Position numbers and translations under genes: made by a program. DNA of 64,000 nt from Alphaproteobacteria bacterium. Its GTDB lineage: Bacteria; Pseudomonadota; Alphaproteobacteria; GCA-2731375. The stretch is from assembly GCA_965232515.1 (NCBI GenBank), contig CBDDPY010000002.1:2912001-2976000 (forward strand). The letters run 5' to 3'. The notes under the pieces are model-generated. The model was given only the letters and a program-made list of their open reading frames with translations, did no database searches and was not told the DNA's origin. The stretch's first letter is position 1, and each line of letters starts with the position of its first letter. Below are positions 61,723 to 64,000 of this stretch, piece by piece.

Positions 61723-63506
61723 CGTCACGTCTTAGAAATCTGTTCATCGATGCACGCCGGCGCCTGGGCCGACGTCTATACATTCTGTTCGCTGTGATGG
61801 CGCTCACCGGTTTTGTGGAAGGTATCGGCGTTGCCTTGATCCTGCCGCTTTTGGGCATGATTGGCATTGGCGAGGGCTACAAGACGACAATCGTCGCGAC
61901 GACGGTCGCGCAGGGCTTTGCCTGGTTCAATTTGCAACCGAATGTCGCCATCCTTGTCGCCATCATCACAGTTGTCTTCGTTTTGCAGACCAGCGTTTTC
62001 ATCGCGCAAAGCTGGCTGGCCGCCAGCCTGCAAAGCCGCTATGTCAAGATTTGGCGCGACGCATTGTTGGCATCCTACCTGCGGTCTGCCTGGTCGTTCT
62101 TTCATCAAAATCGGTCGGGAGAATTGATTAACGGGCTGATTACCGAAACAAATCGTGTCGGCGGGGCCTTTTATCTCCTTAGCCAGCTGATTGCGACGGT
62201 TCTTGTCACGACAATCTATATCGGTCTCGCGCTGATCGTATCGTGGCAGGTCACGGCTGTCCTGCTGCTCGGGGCCGGCGCAATTTTTTTCCTGACCCGC
62301 GGCCTGATGGGTTTTGCCTATCGTGTTGGCGTCGACATCAGTGCACGCGGGCACGAATTGCAGGAAGCCGCGAACGAATTCGTCGGCGGCGCCAAGCTGG
62401 TCAAGGCAACGGCGACGGAGCAGCTTGCCGAAGCGAAGTTCATGACGCTGACCGAACAAATGCGGCCCCTGTTTTTTTGGAGTTCGTTCAACCCGAACGC
62501 CCTGCGCGCGATCTTTGAGCTTACGGCGATAACTGGGCTGTGCGTCCTGCTTGCCGTCGGAACGACGGCGTTTGGCATCGACTCGGCGTCCATTCTGGTC
62601 GTTCTGGCCATTTTTTTGCGGTTGTATCCCAAGCTCTCGGTCGCGCAGCAGAATATGCAACTCCTCAACGTCTACACACCGGCCGTCGAGACGGCGCAGC
62701 GACTGCTCGCCAGGGCCGTCGCGGGGCTCGAGGTCGAGGATCAGCGCGCCCTGCCCCAGAAACTGCTGGAACAACAGGTCTCAGTCGAGGTCGTCGATCT
62801 TTGCGCGGCCTATGACGAAACGGCGGTACTGGACCGGATCAGGTTTGCGATCCCCGCCGGCCACAACGTCGGCATCGTCGGCAGTTCGGGCGCCGGCAAG
62901 TCGACCCTCGTCGACTGCCTATTGCGTCTGGTCGAACCGAGCGCCGGGTACATCCTGATCGGCGGATATAGGCTCAATGATTTGCCGACGCCGGCATGGC
63001 GCCGCGCCATCGGATATGTCCCGCAGGACACCTTTTTGTTCAATGCGTCGATCCGTGAAAATCTCCTTTGGGGCCACCAAGACGTCGGCGACGACCAGAT
63101 GATCGCGGCTGCCCGACAGGCCAACGCGCACGAGTTCATCAGCCGGATGCCGTCGGGCTACGACACTGTGGTGGGCGACCGCGGTGTGCGCCTTTCCGGC
63201 GGCCAGCGCCAACGTATCGGTCTTGCGCGCGCGTTGGTCGGCCGGCCGAAGCTTCTTATTCTCGACGAAGCGACCAGCGCACTCGACTCCGATTCCGAAC
63301 GTGTCGTGTTGGACGCGATTGACAATCTGCGCGGGGAGCTGACGATCATTGTGGTCGCTCATCGACTGTCCACGGTGCGGGACGCCGACAGCATTCTCGT
63401 CCTTGAATCCGGCCACCTTGTGGAACAGGGCACTTGGAGTGAACTGCTGGATGGCGACCGCCGCTTCCGGCGCTTGTGGGACCTGCAGCAGCAAAGCGGC
63501 TCGTAA
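61719..63506 (+). CDS. ABC exporter with fused permease and ATPase (MsbA/PglK/Wzk-like, probable glycan flippase)
   Basis: About 6 TM helices, Walker [29 protein letters not shown] and AHRL. The TTG start overlaps the upstream TGA. Confidence 0.9.
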   Translation: MTSRLRNLFIDARRRLGRRLYILFAVMALTGFVEGIGVALILPLLGMIGIGEGYKTTIVATTVAQGFAWFNLQPNVAILVAIITVVFVLQTSVFIAQSWLAASLQSRYVKIWRDALLASYLRSAWSFFHQNRSGELINGLITETNRVGGAFYLLSQLIATVLVTTIYIGLALIVSWQVTAVLLLGAGAIFFLTRGLMGFAYRVGVDISARGHELQEAANEFVGGAKLVKATATEQLAEAKFMTLTEQMRPLFFWSSFNPNALRAIFELTAITGLCVLLAVGTTAFGIDSASILVVLAIFLRLYPKLSVAQQNMQLLNVYTPAVETAQRLLARAVAGLEVEDQRALPQKLLEQQVSVEVVDLCAAYDETAVLDRIRFAIPAGHNVGIVGSSGAGKSTLVDCLLRLVEPSAGYILIGGYRLNDLPTPAWRRAIGYVPQDTFLFNASIRENLLWGHQDVGDDQMIAAARQANAHEFISRMPSGYDTVVGDRGVRLSGGQRQRIGLARALVGRPKLLILDEATSALDSDSERVVLDAIDNLRGELTIIVVAHRLSTVRDADSILVLESGHLVEQGTWSELLDGDRRFRRLWDLQQQSGS

Positions 63507-63511
63507 GCAGC

Positions 63512-64000
63512 GTGTTCGAGATATCGGCCGTTGTAGCCATTTCGTTGCTGGTATTTTTTTTCGCACGCCTTTGGCCCAACTGGCAGACGCGCAACAGAGG
63601 TTGCGATGCCTTCTACTTCCTGCTCACCGCCGATGCGTTCCGCCGAGATCGAAAGCTTCCTATCGTCCTGCCCCCGGTGTATCTGCTGGAGTCGAACGAG
63701 CAATGGTATCCACCGGGATTTTCGGTTTTCCTCGGACTATTCCCGCAAAATATTCTCGACCGTTATCACTGGCTCATCTCCAGCCTGCTCGACAGTACCG
63801 TCCTGATTGCCGCGGTTATCTGGGCCGGCTTGCAGTTCGGACCGCCGGCAGCGCTCATGGTCGGCATGAGTTATGCCATCGCCTCGGTCTTGGTGATCGA
63901 GTACAGCAGCCTGACTTCAAGAGCTCTCGCGGTTCCGCTGTTCGCGCTTTTCCTGTTATCAGCCTTCGGCTGGACCGCGGGCAGTTATCTCGCACTGGGC
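63512..64000 (+). CDS. Polytopic membrane protein with GT-C-like N-terminus (partial, runs off the right edge)
   Basis: Not in the ORF track. Open for 163 codons from GTG 63512: MFEISAVVAISLLVFFFARLWPNWQTRNRGCDAFYFLLTA...EQWYPPGFSVFLGLF, followed by further TM helices. Confidence 0.65.
   Translation, partial: MFEISAVVAISLLVFFFARLWPNWQTRNRGCDAFYFLLTADAFRRDRKLPIVLPPVYLLESNEQWYPPGFSVFLGLFPQNILDRYHWLISSLLDSTVLIAAVIWAGLQFGPPAALMVGMSYAIASVLVIEYSSLTSRALAVPLFALFLLSAFGWTAGSYLALG

Overview
GC-rich bacterial chromosome segment, most likely an alphaproteobacterium (inferred from gene families and REP style). 1-25 kb holds mixed catabolic and housekeeping genes: a pcaD-like lactonase, a TPP enzyme, skp, a salicylyl/anthraniloyl-CoA monooxygenase-reductase, a SorT/SorU-like sulfite dehydrogenase and a PuuE/CoA-transferase/amidase cluster. 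It also has an intact IS30 inserted into a REP palindrome with a 3-bp target duplication, and tRNA-Gln(TTG). From 25 kb to the end runs a large mosaic surface-glycan locus. Its left half encodes a WecA-like initiator, KdsD, CysD/CysNC, GmhA, UDP-sulfoquinovose synthase, NeuC, an MBOAT/SGNH acyltransferase pair, a GMC-like oxidoreductase with an SDR, a flippase-like protein and a GT2. A decayed phage-like recombination relic (Rad52/Sak, Gp157, XRE, DUF3489) sits at 41-45 kb. The lower-GC right half encodes diamino-uronic-acid enzymes, an AsnB-like amidotransferase, a radical SAM enzyme, formyltransferases, methyltransferases, glycosyltransferases, an ABC exporter and the start of a GT-C-like membrane protein missed by the ORF track. 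The best candidate for a new system is this glycan locus, whose parts resemble archaeal lipid-linked N-glycosylation components; this is inference, and LPS or capsule synthesis is the main alternative. All family calls come from motif recognition by eye, not database searches.
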